NCBI GenBank assembly: GCA_017548925.1
Contig: JAFYYX010000001.1
Coordinates: forward strand, 959,767 to 1,023,766
From: Bacilli bacterium
GTDB lineage: Bacteria; Bacillota_I; Bacilli_A; RF39; UBA660
Reading direction: 5' to 3'
Length of the DNA stretch: 64,000 bases
Positions 34,280 through 42,928 of the stretch are shown piece by piece; the first letter of the stretch is position 1; every line of letters starts with the position of its first letter. Below the pieces are notes generated by a model. That model was not told the origin of the DNA and did no database searches. It saw only the letters and a list, made by a program, of their open reading frames with translations. The position numbers and the translations under genes are program-made.

Positions 34280-35721
34280 TTTGTTTTTATTTTTTTATAA
34301 ATAATTCCAAGTCCTAAAAGACTCATTAATGATACTTCAAAATAAATTAAAATATTATCAAGTGTTTCTGGATTATTTATTTTATTTGTTATTGGTTCAC
34401 TTGTTGACTCGGTAGCCCCTTCAGTTGAACTTGTTTGAGTATTTTTAGATTCAGCTACGGTATATATACTAAAATGATCTGTTTCGAATTCAATATAATC
34501 AGTTCCTATAGTAGGAGTATGTTCTTCTATGCTATTATCCGATTTAACAAAATATACAGTTAAATTTTCTTTACCTTTTAAAGTATCAGGTAAAGGAATT
34601 CTAACTAAGAACTTACCATTTTCTAGTTTAGTTATATTTCTTTCAAGTGTTTTAGAATAAAGTTCCAAATCATATGTAACATTATCAGTTACATCAAGTA
34701 CTTGAATAATTTTATTATATTTATCACCAGATGAAAGTTTATTAGCGCTTACTTGAGTATCAAGTGGGACATTATGATTTTCAGATGAAATTAAAATATT
34801 AGAATCTAAATCTTTAGATAAATAACTTGGATTAGTCATCTTAGATGAATCAGCAATAATTAATACAGGAATTGTTTCTGTACCATTAGATAAATTATAA
34901 TAATTTTCAACACTAGTAGCATCAATACCTAATTCGCTAAAATCATTATCCTTATCTGCTGGATCAGTATATAAACTGTCTACTGTACCACCATCAGTTA
35001 CAGTAAATTTCCCAGATCCAATATAGTTATCAATTCTTTCTTGAGCTGCAGTTTTTAAATTAGTAGTTCCATCAGCAACATAAATAATATGTTCAACTCT
35101 AACACCAAGAGCCATAGTAGTTGCATAAGCAATTCCTTTATAACTTATAACTGAGTCTCCTAAGTGAGCTTCAAATAATGTACCAGCATCGCCCATACCA
35201 GTTGGAGTGTTTAAACTAAGTTTAACATTTGTATTACCCATTAATTCTCTAAATTCACTTGAGTAATTAAGCATTACATTTCTTACTTCTTCAAATGAAT
35301 TAGAGTTATCGATATTAGCTAGGTAATTAATAATTTCTAAGTCTTTTACTAAGAATGTTTGACCCATAACAAATTTACTAGCAAACTGTTCTAGTTTAGT
35401 TTTAATAGTAGAATCTCCACCTGTATAAACTATTTGAACAGCACTTCTGCTCTCACTAGTTCCGTTTTTATAATCAATATCGATATCAGCAACCGTATAA
35501 TCAGCATTTGCATTTGATGGATAAGCGGTTTCAACACCATCAAGTTCCATTAAATAATTACCAATAAAATCGTAATACTCACCAAAATTAGTAGGCGCTA
35601 CAGAAGGAACTTCTAATTTTCCATCCTTAATAACATCATCTAAACTAGTTATTGCATAAACTGACTTAGGTAAAATAATAATTGCAAGTATAAAAGTCAA
35701 GGTAGTAATAAATTTTTTCAT
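34276..35721 (-). CDS. secreted surface protein with a C-terminal membrane anchor
   Basis: Signal peptide MKKFITTLTFILAIIILPKSVYA|I. Ser/Thr-rich stalk (TQTSSTEGATESTSEP) followed by a hydrophobic helix and KKIKTN. No family recognised. Confidence 0.6.
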   Translation of the reverse strand: MKKFITTLTFILAIIILPKSVYAITSLDDVIKDGKLEVPSVAPTNFGEYYDFIGNYLMELDGVETAYPSNANADYTVADIDIDYKNGTSESRSAVQIVYTGGDSTIKTKLEQFASKFVMGQTFLVKDLEIINYLANIDNSNSFEEVRNVMLNYSSEFRELMGNTNVKLSLNTPTGMGDAGTLFEAHLGDSVISYKGIAYATTMALGVRVEHIIYVADGTTNLKTAAQERIDNYIGSGKFTVTDGGTVDSLYTDPADKDNDFSELGIDATSVENYYNLSNGTETIPVLIIADSSKMTNPSYLSKDLDSNILISSENHNVPLDTQVSANKLSSGDKYNKIIQVLDVTDNVTYDLELYSKTLERNITKLENGKFLVRIPLPDTLKGKENLTVYFVKSDNSIEEHTPTIGTDYIEFETDHFSIYTVAESKNTQTSSTEGATESTSEPITNKINNPETLDNILIYFEVSLMSLLGLGIIYKKIKTN

Positions 35722-35815
35722 AATTATATCTCCTATCTTTATTAATTAAATTATATTATATACATAATCTTTAAGCAATAAAAAAAGAAGGTTATTCCTT
35801 CTTTTTATTTACACA

Positions 35816-36646
35816 TTAATCTTGTTCAGGATTAGCTGTAGGTCCATCATATTCCCATACAGCATATAAATTAAGATCACCATCACAGATAATAGAAGCA
35901 CCATCTAAAATAGATTTGCCATGTTTATCTTCCCATGAAAGGAATTGATAGAAATCTCTAGTTGGTCTTGGTAAGTTTTCTAATGTAGCAGCTCCATTAA
36001 CACAATTATAAGTTTTTGATGTAGTAGTTTTATCTTCATCTTTATAATCAAAGGTAACTTTTAATGTGCTTTGTTCCTTCTTTTGCCATTTTGCAGCAAG
36101 TCTCATGGAAGGATCTTTGCCTTCACATTTGATTAATGCGCCATTAAGAATAGCTTTACCATATTTATCAATCCAAGACAGAAAATCATAAGAATCTTTT
36201 TTAGGAATTGGTAAATTATTTAAAGTAGCAGCCCCATCAATACATTTAAATTTCATGTCCTTTATGCTAGTACCACCATTGCTATTAAAAGTAATATTTA
36301 AATAAATATCTTCATCTTTCTTTTCTTCCCATTTAGCAGTTAGAACAATATTCTTTTTAATTGTAGCAGTATCATCATCAGTATATAAAGTTGATCCATT
36401 ATACCAACCAACAAAAGTATATCCTTCTTTGGTAGTTTCAGGAAGTTGGAAACTTGATCCTTTCTTAACTTTCATATCTTCTACTTTTGTTCCTCCATCA
36501 GAATCAAAAGTAATAGTTATTTTTTCATCTTTATTATTTGATGTAGGTTTATTATCTTTATCATCTTTAAAGAAAATAAAATATGAACCAACACTCAATC
36601 CAATAACAAGAAAAACAATAACTCCAATAATAATTTTCTTTTTCAT
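35816..36646 (-). CDS. membrane-anchored protein with a Listeria-Bacteroides (Flg_new / InlB B-repeat) domain and related repeats
   Basis: N-terminal TM helix. ITFDSDGGTKVEDMKVKKGSSFQLPETTKEGYTFVGWYNG is the Flg_new repeat signature. Two further related ~80-aa repeats follow (F(N/D)..NGAATL.NLP.P..D.Y.FLSW.DK.GK.IL.GA). Confidence 0.7.
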   Translation of the reverse strand: MKKKIIIGVIVFLVIGLSVGSYFIFFKDDKDNKPTSNNKDEKITITFDSDGGTKVEDMKVKKGSSFQLPETTKEGYTFVGWYNGSTLYTDDDTATIKKNIVLTAKWEEKKDEDIYLNITFNSNGGTSIKDMKFKCIDGAATLNNLPIPKKDSYDFLSWIDKYGKAILNGALIKCEGKDPSMRLAAKWQKKEQSTLKVTFDYKDEDKTTTSKTYNCVNGAATLENLPRPTRDFYQFLSWEDKHGKSILDGASIICDGDLNLYAVWEYDGPTANPEQD

Positions 36647-36704
36647 ACTCCTTTAAAGTTCCTTTCTATAATATATATTATAAACCTTATAAATTTTATA
36701 TCAA

Positions 36705-36745
36705 TAAAAAAAGGGCTGCATCTAATAAAACAATGCATAACCCTT
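36705..36745 (-). terminator. rho-independent terminator of gpmA
   Basis: Minus strand: AAGGGTTATGCAT-N11-ATGCAGCCCTT followed by TTTTTTT. Confidence 0.6.
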
Positions 36746-36783
36746 AATTAATTTATAGCACAATAAATATTTAATATCAATTA

Positions 36784-37473
36784 TTATTTTAAATAATAAT
36801 GTTTAATAGGTTTTAATTCATCATCAAGTTCATAACAAATAGGATTTCCCGTTTCAATTTCTAAAGATACAATATCTTCATCAGATATATTATCAAGATA
36901 TTTTATTAATGCCCTTAAACTATTACCATGAGCAACAATTATGACTTTTTTATTATTTTTTAAATCATTAATAATATCACTATTCCAATATACTAAAACT
37001 CTTTTAATAGTATCATTTAAGTTTTCAGTTGTAGGAAGTTCTTCTTTATCTAAATCTTTATATAAAGAATCATTACCTGGATATCTTGGATCATCCAAAG
37101 AAAGTTCTGGAGGTCTAACATCAGAACTTCTCCTCCATAATTTAACTTGTTCCTCACCATATTTTTCTTTAGTTTCATCCTTATTTAAACCTTGAAGTGC
37201 CCCATAATGTCTTTCATTAAGTCTCCAAGATTTTTTAATTTCTATATTTTCTTCATCTAATTCTTTTAATATATATGAAAGTGTATCTTCTGCTCTTTTA
37301 AGATAAGATGTATAAGCTATATCAAAAGTATATCCTTTTTCTTTTAATACTTTACCAGCTTCAATAGCTTCGTTTATACCATTATCAGATAAACCTACAT
37401 CAGTCCATCCAGTAAATTTGTTTTCTAAATTCCATATACTTTGACCATGTCTTACTAAAACCAGTTTAATCAT
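36784..37473 (-). CDS. gpmA: 2,3-bisphosphoglycerate-dependent phosphoglycerate mutase
   Basis: [60 protein letters not shown] is a canonical dPGM signature (RHG..N, catalytic His). Start is taken at MIKL. Confidence 0.92.
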   Translation of the reverse strand: MIKLVLVRHGQSIWNLENKFTGWTDVGLSDNGINEAIEAGKVLKEKGYTFDIAYTSYLKRAEDTLSYILKELDEENIEIKKSWRLNERHYGALQGLNKDETKEKYGEEQVKLWRRSSDVRPPELSLDDPRYPGNDSLYKDLDKEELPTTENLNDTIKRVLVYWNSDIINDLKNNKKVIIVAHGNSLRALIKYLDNISDEDIVSLEIETGNPICYELDDELKPIKHYYLK

Positions 37474-37563
37474 ACACATCACCTAATACAAGTATAACAA
37501 AAAATAGGACTTATTAGTCCTATTTAGTCATAAACTTTTCAATAAGTTTACTCATATTTAAAT

Positions 37564-38295
37564 TTATTCTTGAGTTCTTTTTCTTGAAAAACCTTTTAAT
37601 TGATTTAATTGATTTTGCTTATCTTTTAATGTGATTTCAAGATAATTTCTGAAATCAAATAAATGTCGATTAGGGTTTTGATCAATTCTAAAATTTAAAT
37701 CATCAATTATTTTATTTATAAGATTAATTTCAACTGTTAAGTCATTTGCTTTTTTAACACTGGAACTAAATTCTGGTATAACAACCATTTTATTACCACT
37801 TTGAAATTTAAAGTTATTTCCTTTTTTACTTTTATTATTATGACTATATTGATAAACATCAACATAATAGTTAGCTAAATCTCTTCTATCATAGTAGCAA
37901 AGGCCTAGAACATATTCCATTGTAACAACATTACTTTGAAAGTTTTCTAAACAATTTTTTAAATGTTCGGGAACATATCTATAATCCTTAACAATACCTA
38001 ATGTTTTAATATCTCTGGATAGTTCTACCATGTCATTATTTAAATCGTAAATCTTATTAAAGATATATTCATAAGCAAAAGGTTCACCTAGATATTCGTG
38101 CTTAAATATTGCAGCTATAGCCGTAAATTGATCTCTAGATTTTTCTGTAAAAACTTCAGAATTAGCATTTATTAAATCGCCAACTGTGAAAATTCCTACT
38201 CTATTTAAACTTTGAATAATTTTACCTCTCGAATGAGTATTTGTATATTTAGTAAATAGTACTTCATCATTTTCTAATTTTGTATTAATTTCCAT
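37564..38295 (-). CDS. hypothetical protein with a possible helix-hairpin-helix segment
   Basis: Start at MEINTKL follows a GGAGGAAAT RBS. IIQSLNRVGIFTVGDLINA resembles the RpoA-CTD-type HhH motif. Otherwise unassigned. Confidence 0.45.
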   Translation of the reverse strand: MEINTKLENDEVLFTKYTNTHSRGKIIQSLNRVGIFTVGDLINANSEVFTEKSRDQFTAIAAIFKHEYLGEPFAYEYIFNKIYDLNNDMVELSRDIKTLGIVKDYRYVPEHLKNCLENFQSNVVTMEYVLGLCYYDRRDLANYYVDVYQYSHNNKSKKGNNFKFQSGNKMVVIPEFSSSVKKANDLTVEINLINKIIDDLNFRIDQNPNRHLFDFRNYLEITLKDKQNQLNQLKGFSRKRTQE

Positions 38296-38352
38296 GTTTT
38301 TATTTCCTCCAAGTAAAAAAAAGTATATCACAAAATAAAAAATGATTTCAAT

Positions 38353-38673
38353 CTAAAATTGAATCATTTTATCATATTGTTTATATAAATATTGAACCCC
38401 ATTTTCTAATCTGAAATAATGAACTATATAAAATAATAAGAATACTAAAAGAATAGCTGCTATTATAAAGAATAAATAAGAAAGAAAACCAAGAGTCATA
38501 AATATAATAAATAATAAACCATAAAATATTGTAACTAATAAATGAATTAATCTTTCATTTTGAAAGAAACCAATTTTAATTAAATGATTGTTAATTATAT
38601 CATCATTAATTTTTTTATTAGAACCTAATAATTGATCTATTTCTTTAATATAGTTGTATAAATATTCTTTCAT
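38353..38673 (-). CDS. small membrane protein (106 aa, two TM helices)
   Basis: ORF track. Hydrophobic hairpin LIHLLVTIFYGLLFIIFMTLGFLSYLFFIIAAILLVFLLFYIV. Confidence 0.45.
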   Translation of the reverse strand: MKEYLYNYIKEIDQLLGSNKKINDDIINNHLIKIGFFQNERLIHLLVTIFYGLLFIIFMTLGFLSYLFFIIAAILLVFLLFYIVHYFRLENGVQYLYKQYDKMIQF

Positions 38674-38678
38674 ATTTA

Positions 38679-39149
38679 TTATTTATCCCCTTTTAATATT
38701 TCTGCTTCTTGTTTTCTGATTCTTGCTTTTTCTTCACTTGAAAAACGAGTAGGAATTAAATATAACTTTTCATACTTTGATTTTTTTATTGTATTAATAA
38801 TATTCATTTGCTCTGGTAAATCAAGTTTCATAAATTCATCATAAGTCATAGGTAAAAAAGCACGATATCTATCAATAAACTTTTCTTCGTATTCAGCAGA
38901 GTTAGCATAAATTTCTTTTAATCTTTTTTTATTTTCTTCTCTAAAGCAACAATTGGCAATAAAACCATCTTCAGGAAATTTTTTTGATAATAAGAATAGT
39001 GATTCATCAGAATAATCCATTTCTGGCATAAGTGAGCTACCCATATCGTCTCCTCTTTCTTCTCCAGGAATAGTCTTTAACTGTCTTAATTCTCCATTTT
39101 CAGATGGAACAATTAAATCACTAAATTTTTCAGTAAAATCGTAAATCAT
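38679..39149 (-). CDS. hypothetical protein (156 aa)
   Basis: ORF track. No motif recognised. Confidence 0.45.
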   Translation of the reverse strand: MIYDFTEKFSDLIVPSENGELRQLKTIPGEERGDDMGSSLMPEMDYSDESLFLLSKKFPEDGFIANCCFREENKKRLKEIYANSAEYEEKFIDRYRAFLPMTYDEFMKLDLPEQMNIINTIKKSKYEKLYLIPTRFSSEEKARIRKQEAEILKGDK

Positions 39150-39197
39150 AATTACCTCCTAAACATATAAATATTATATCATAAAAAAACAACCTAT

Positions 39198-40325
39198 TTA
39201 AGGTCGTTTCTTTCTATTTCTTGAAATTCCTTTGTTTTCAGAAGCTTCTTTTTTTTCGTAACCTTGTAATTGTTCTTTTAACTCTTCATAACCTTTTTTA
39301 AGTTCTTCTTGCGAAGCAATTATTTGAGAGGTTAAGAAAAGCATATAAGTTTTATAAAACTGCTGAAATCTTTGATCTTGTACTGAAGATTCATAATTTT
39401 CTACAAGATTAAATCTAACTACTTCTGGATCAGTTTGTAAACTAATATCAAGATCAAAGAAAATATCTGAATTAGTCGCAAGTGCAACTAATGCTACTTT
39501 TCTATCTTTTTTAAATCTTTTATTAACTATTTTTATAGCACGGCCATTTTGTCTTACAGCAACTAAAACAACTTCTTCATCATTTTTAATTTCATCTGAA
39601 AAACTTTCAATAGACATGCCATCAACAGATACAGCGGCAAGCGCAACATCACGATCAGTAACTAAATCTGGTCCCAAATACTTACATAAAACTTTAACTG
39701 GTTCCTTTTGTAAATAATCATTAATAAGATGTAGAATATATTGCTTATCATTTAATAAATCTGAACCAATATTTGGTACATACTGTAGTGAAGACTTCTT
39801 AACAACGTAATCAATAACTTCTTTATTATTCTGTACATCATTTCCAGCATATGCAATGTTATAAACGCGATCTTTAATTGCAGGAAAAGCAAGTTCTAAA
39901 TCATTTCTTAAAGGTTCAGGAACATTACAAAATTCCCACGAATTAACTTCAAGTGCAACAGCAGCAACACTTTTAATACTTTTAGCTTTTTCAGAAAGTT
40001 TAGAATATTTAACACCACTTTTAATTGCTATTATTGCTAATTCCGGATCATCTTGTAGTTGTATTGGCATTATTTCATAATTATTATAAGAGCCTTTAAT
40101 AGCGGCAATTGCTATCTCTTTATTTGATTTGTTGTTATCACTCAAATTGATATAAAGTGAAGGTCTTTTTTTAATAAGAGCAAGAGAAACATCTTTGTTG
40201 TTTAAAACACGCCTACCATAATGATTAACTATTTCATCAATATTAACCCAGTACCAATTCTTATTTATGTAATTAATTGCTCTTTTTACTTTTACTCTAA
40301 AATCAACTTCTTTGTTATTGTTCAT
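39198..40325 (-). CDS. DUF4116 repeat protein
   Basis: Repeated (D/N)xE(V/L)(A/V)LxAVxxNGxAI-type units (DPELAIIAIKSG, DLELAFPAIK, DRDVALAAVSVDGMSIESF, DEEVVLVAVRQNGRAIKIV, DRKVALVALATN) are typical of DUF4116. Confidence 0.6.
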   Translation of the reverse strand: MNNNKEVDFRVKVKRAINYINKNWYWVNIDEIVNHYGRRVLNNKDVSLALIKKRPSLYINLSDNNKSNKEIAIAAIKGSYNNYEIMPIQLQDDPELAIIAIKSGVKYSKLSEKAKSIKSVAAVALEVNSWEFCNVPEPLRNDLELAFPAIKDRVYNIAYAGNDVQNNKEVIDYVVKKSSLQYVPNIGSDLLNDKQYILHLINDYLQKEPVKVLCKYLGPDLVTDRDVALAAVSVDGMSIESFSDEIKNDEEVVLVAVRQNGRAIKIVNKRFKKDRKVALVALATNSDIFFDLDISLQTDPEVVRFNLVENYESSVQDQRFQQFYKTYMLFLTSQIIASQEELKKGYEELKEQLQGYEKKEASENKGISRNRKKRP

Positions 40326-40471
40326 AAGTTTTCTCCTTTTTAAAAGTTAAAATATATTATAATTTAACAATACATAATATGCAAGTAAATATATAAAAGC
40401 CAATTAACTTTAAAATAATAGTTATTACTTTTATAATGTTTAACAAAATTAAAAACTACCATAAGGTAGTT

Positions 40472-41332
40472 TTATTTATTAAAATCTTCTTCATGTTCTT
40501 TAAAGAAATCATGATAAACTTGAACATTTTTTAGTTCATTCCATTTTTTAGTTATAACGGGATTTTCATCCAAATCATATATTAATGCATCTTGCAGTGA
40601 TAATATAAATGGTGAATGTGAAGATATAATAAATTGACAATCATAAAATCTAGCAGATTCTTCAATAAACTTTACTAACTTAAGTTGGTTTTCTGCAGAT
40701 AAACTATTTTCTGGTTCATCTAGTATATACACTGAATGATCTTTAATCTCATTTTGCCAAAACATAAGTGCAGTTTCACCATTAGAGTGTTCAGTTATAT
40801 TATTGTTTATAAGTTTAGATCTAATAAAAGCTGATTTAGTTTGCCTTCTAGCACTTACTCTTTCTTTTAAGTCTTGATAATCATCAAAAGCACCTTTTTG
40901 ACCATATCTTGTAGTAATATAACCAAGTGCTAAATCTTCTTTTTGTCTATTTACTCCAGAATTAATAGCTCTAACATCAAGTAAATAATCAAATACATCA
41001 TCACTAGTTATAAACTTAAATTCTTTACAATCATATCTATGAAATATTTCACATTCACATGCATCAGCATATTTTCTAAAAAGCATTCCTTTATCTACTC
41101 TACCAGATCTTGATGCCATAACTTTTTCTGTAATAATATTAAGTAGTGTAGTTTTACCAGAACCATTACCTCCATAAAATATTGTAATAGGTTCAAATCT
41201 AATATTTTTAAAATCTTTATAAGAAAATAAACCAAAAGGATAATAATTACCTTCATATATTCTAAGTTCATTTAAAAGCATAAAATGTTCTTGTACATCA
41301 TCAAGTAATTTAAATTCTTTTAAATATACCAT
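40472..41332 (-). CDS. stand-alone ABC/AAA-type ATPase (AAA_21-like)
   Basis: Walker A GGNGSGKTTLLN, Walker B/D-loop VYILDEPENSLS, and H-loop region IISSHSPFIL. Confidence 0.7.
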   Translation of the reverse strand: MVYLKEFKLLDDVQEHFMLLNELRIYEGNYYPFGLFSYKDFKNIRFEPITIFYGGNGSGKTTLLNIITEKVMASRSGRVDKGMLFRKYADACECEIFHRYDCKEFKFITSDDVFDYLLDVRAINSGVNRQKEDLALGYITTRYGQKGAFDDYQDLKERVSARRQTKSAFIRSKLINNNITEHSNGETALMFWQNEIKDHSVYILDEPENSLSAENQLKLVKFIEESARFYDCQFIISSHSPFILSLQDALIYDLDENPVITKKWNELKNVQVYHDFFKEHEEDFNK

Positions 41333-41356
41333 ATGTAATTACCTCCTTTATTAATT

Positions 41357-41767
41357 TTATATTCTAATTCTTCCATTTCCTAATTCATAAGCACATTTAT
41401 TAACTAAAGCAATAGCCATATTTTCAGCTTTAATACTTGTCTTAAATAATTCTAATTTTTCTTCATTAGTAATAATTTTTTCGGAAAATAAATAGTTAAT
41501 TAATACCCTATCATCTTCATATAAGTATCTAGTATATTCTAGTACATCATTATATGTACATCCATGGTTAAGACTATATTTAATAGTAGTTTCATCTTGA
41601 TGTTGACATCCAAAATGTGATTTAAAAGCATCAAGTGCTTTACCTTCTTCCCATGATAAAATAATTCTATCATAATCACCACATTCTTCACATGTTTCAG
41701 TTATTTCTTCAGGATCGCGGTTATCAACCCACATTCCACCATTGTGACCATCTACTAAATATTCCAT
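41357..41767 (-). CDS. hypothetical protein (136 aa) with an N-terminal CxxC
   Basis: ORF track. TCEECGDYD..FGCQH. No family recognised. Confidence 0.4.
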   Translation of the reverse strand: MEYLVDGHNGGMWVDNRDPEEITETCEECGDYDRIILSWEEGKALDAFKSHFGCQHQDETTIKYSLNHGCTYNDVLEYTRYLYEDDRVLINYLFSEKIITNEEKLELFKTSIKAENMAIALVNKCAYELGNGRIRI

Positions 41768-41827
41768 AATAAACCCTCCTGTGTGAAATATTATACCAAA
41801 AAACTACCTCCATGAGGTAGTTTTTTA

Positions 41828-42523
41828 TTAATTTAATATAGATAACATTGATAAAACAAATGGTATTGCATCAAATAGTAAATGTTGCATATAAGATGTA
41901 AGAATATTCTTAGTTTTTAAATAGTTATACATACAGCATAGTGATGCAGCACCTTGAAGTAGTAATATCTGAGCAATATTGTTATATGTTGTTGCATGTA
42001 AGAAAGCAAAACATGTAAGTGAAAAAGTAAGAGCTATACCAATTGATAATATTCTTTTCTTAGTTAATTTATAAGATACGATTAATGCAGCTAAGAATAA
42101 AAGTATTTTATATAGTTCTTCACCAAATAATTGAACTATAATAACAATCCAAAATCTAACGTTCATTTCAAGTTCAAATACACCATTTTCATTTGTTGCT
42201 ATATGAAATAAATACTTAAGTATTAATGCTAAACTAATAGCTATTACAAATTGAAGTATTAATGTAACAAATACTCTTAATATATCCCTTTTATTAGGTT
42301 TTTTAATTAAAAGTGATATCTTACCCTTTGCAACTATTAAAAATGCTCCTAGTTGTAAAAATGTAAATAAATAAGGACTTAAACCAAATGGTATTTCAAA
42401 TGGAAAGAATGTATAAATAGTAAATAGTATAGGAACTATAGCAAGTATTAATACATCTAGTATATTTATTTTAACGTCTTTATAAAATGGATAATCTAAT
42501 TCTATATTATTATCTTTTTTCAT
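41828..42523 (-). CDS. CPBP-family intramembrane glutamic endopeptidase (CAAX/Abi-like)
   Basis: Polytopic. Motif 1-like GEELYK, motif 2-like FAFLH, motif 3-like HLLFD, in the expected order. Confidence 0.6.
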   Translation of the reverse strand: MKKDNNIELDYPFYKDVKINILDVLILAIVPILFTIYTFFPFEIPFGLSPYLFTFLQLGAFLIVAKGKISLLIKKPNKRDILRVFVTLILQFVIAISLALILKYLFHIATNENGVFELEMNVRFWIVIIVQLFGEELYKILLFLAALIVSYKLTKKRILSIGIALTFSLTCFAFLHATTYNNIAQILLLQGAASLCCMYNYLKTKNILTSYMQHLLFDAIPFVLSMLSILN

Positions 42524-42568
42524 AAGTTAACTCCTTTCGTACTAATTAATTTTAACATATTGTTATAT

Positions 42569-42670
42569 AAAACAAAAGACCGCCAAAAGGCGGTCATTCA
42601 GGGGGTTTTGGTTTGACCTAACTACAAAAATCGTAGATAGATCTAGCATGATAGTATCATGCTATATTAA
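42569..42670 (-). promoter_or_regulatory. candidate terminator-containing leader (attenuator or riboswitch-like) upstream of the CPBP protease gene
   Basis: Minus strand: TTGACA (42693-42698), then hairpins TAGCATGATA-C-TATCATGCTA and CTACGA-TTTT-TGTAG, then GGTCA..CCCCCUGAA..TGACC, which can compete with the terminator GACCGCC-TTTT-GGCGGTC plus UUUUGUUUU (42569-42595). It lies 45 nt before the CPBP start. Confidence 0.35.
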
Positions 42671-42801
42671 GTTTATAATTTTTTACCCTCTTTGTCAATT
42701 TAATTAAACATATATTTCTAATAAATTATGTCGAAAAAAATATTTTAAAAAAAATGTAAAAAATTGTTGACAAATACATACTTTTCGATTAGGATAAGTA
42801 T

Positions 42802-42895
42802 CACCAATTCACTTAAAGGCGAATTGGTACTAGTATCACACTAGTCAACCCCTTTTTATTCTTTGGAACTGTCTCAGGGGGCAGTTCCTTTTTTG
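42802..42895 (+). ncRNA. candidate small RNA (~95 nt) antisense-oriented relative to both neighbours
   Basis: TTGACA (42767-42772) -N17- TAGGAT (42790-42795). Hairpins CCAATTC-N10-GAATTGG and CTAGT-ATCAC-ACTAG. An unpaired C-rich stretch CAACCCCUUUUU. Terminator GGAACTG-N10-CAGTTCC plus TTTTTT (42865-42894). No ORF. Confidence 0.35.
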
Positions 42896-42900
42896 TGTAA

Positions 42901-42925
42901 TAAAAAACTTCTCATATTGAGAAGT
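42901..42925 (-). terminator. rho-independent terminator of the giant surface-protein gene
   Basis: ACTTCTC-ATATT-GAGAAGT flanked by an A-run and a T-run, 4 nt after the stop codon. Confidence 0.75.
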
Positions 42926-42928
42926 TTT

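Noticed and set aside
34330-34400. NNPETLD near the C-terminus of the 481-aa surface protein as a sortase sorting motif.
   Set aside because: It does not match LPxTG, (S/P)PxTG or NPQTN patterns well (no Gly or Asn after Thr). A simple C-terminal TM anchor explains the tail.
31639-42882. Recurrence of TCAGGGGG in three intergenic candidate-RNA regions (about 31639, 42597 and 42874) as a shared regulatory motif.
   Set aside because: There are only three short occurrences in different structural contexts (unpaired leader, opposite strand of a proposed element, terminator loop). G-runs also serve as SD sequences here (for example GGGGG before 33173). The evidence is insufficient for a motif claim.
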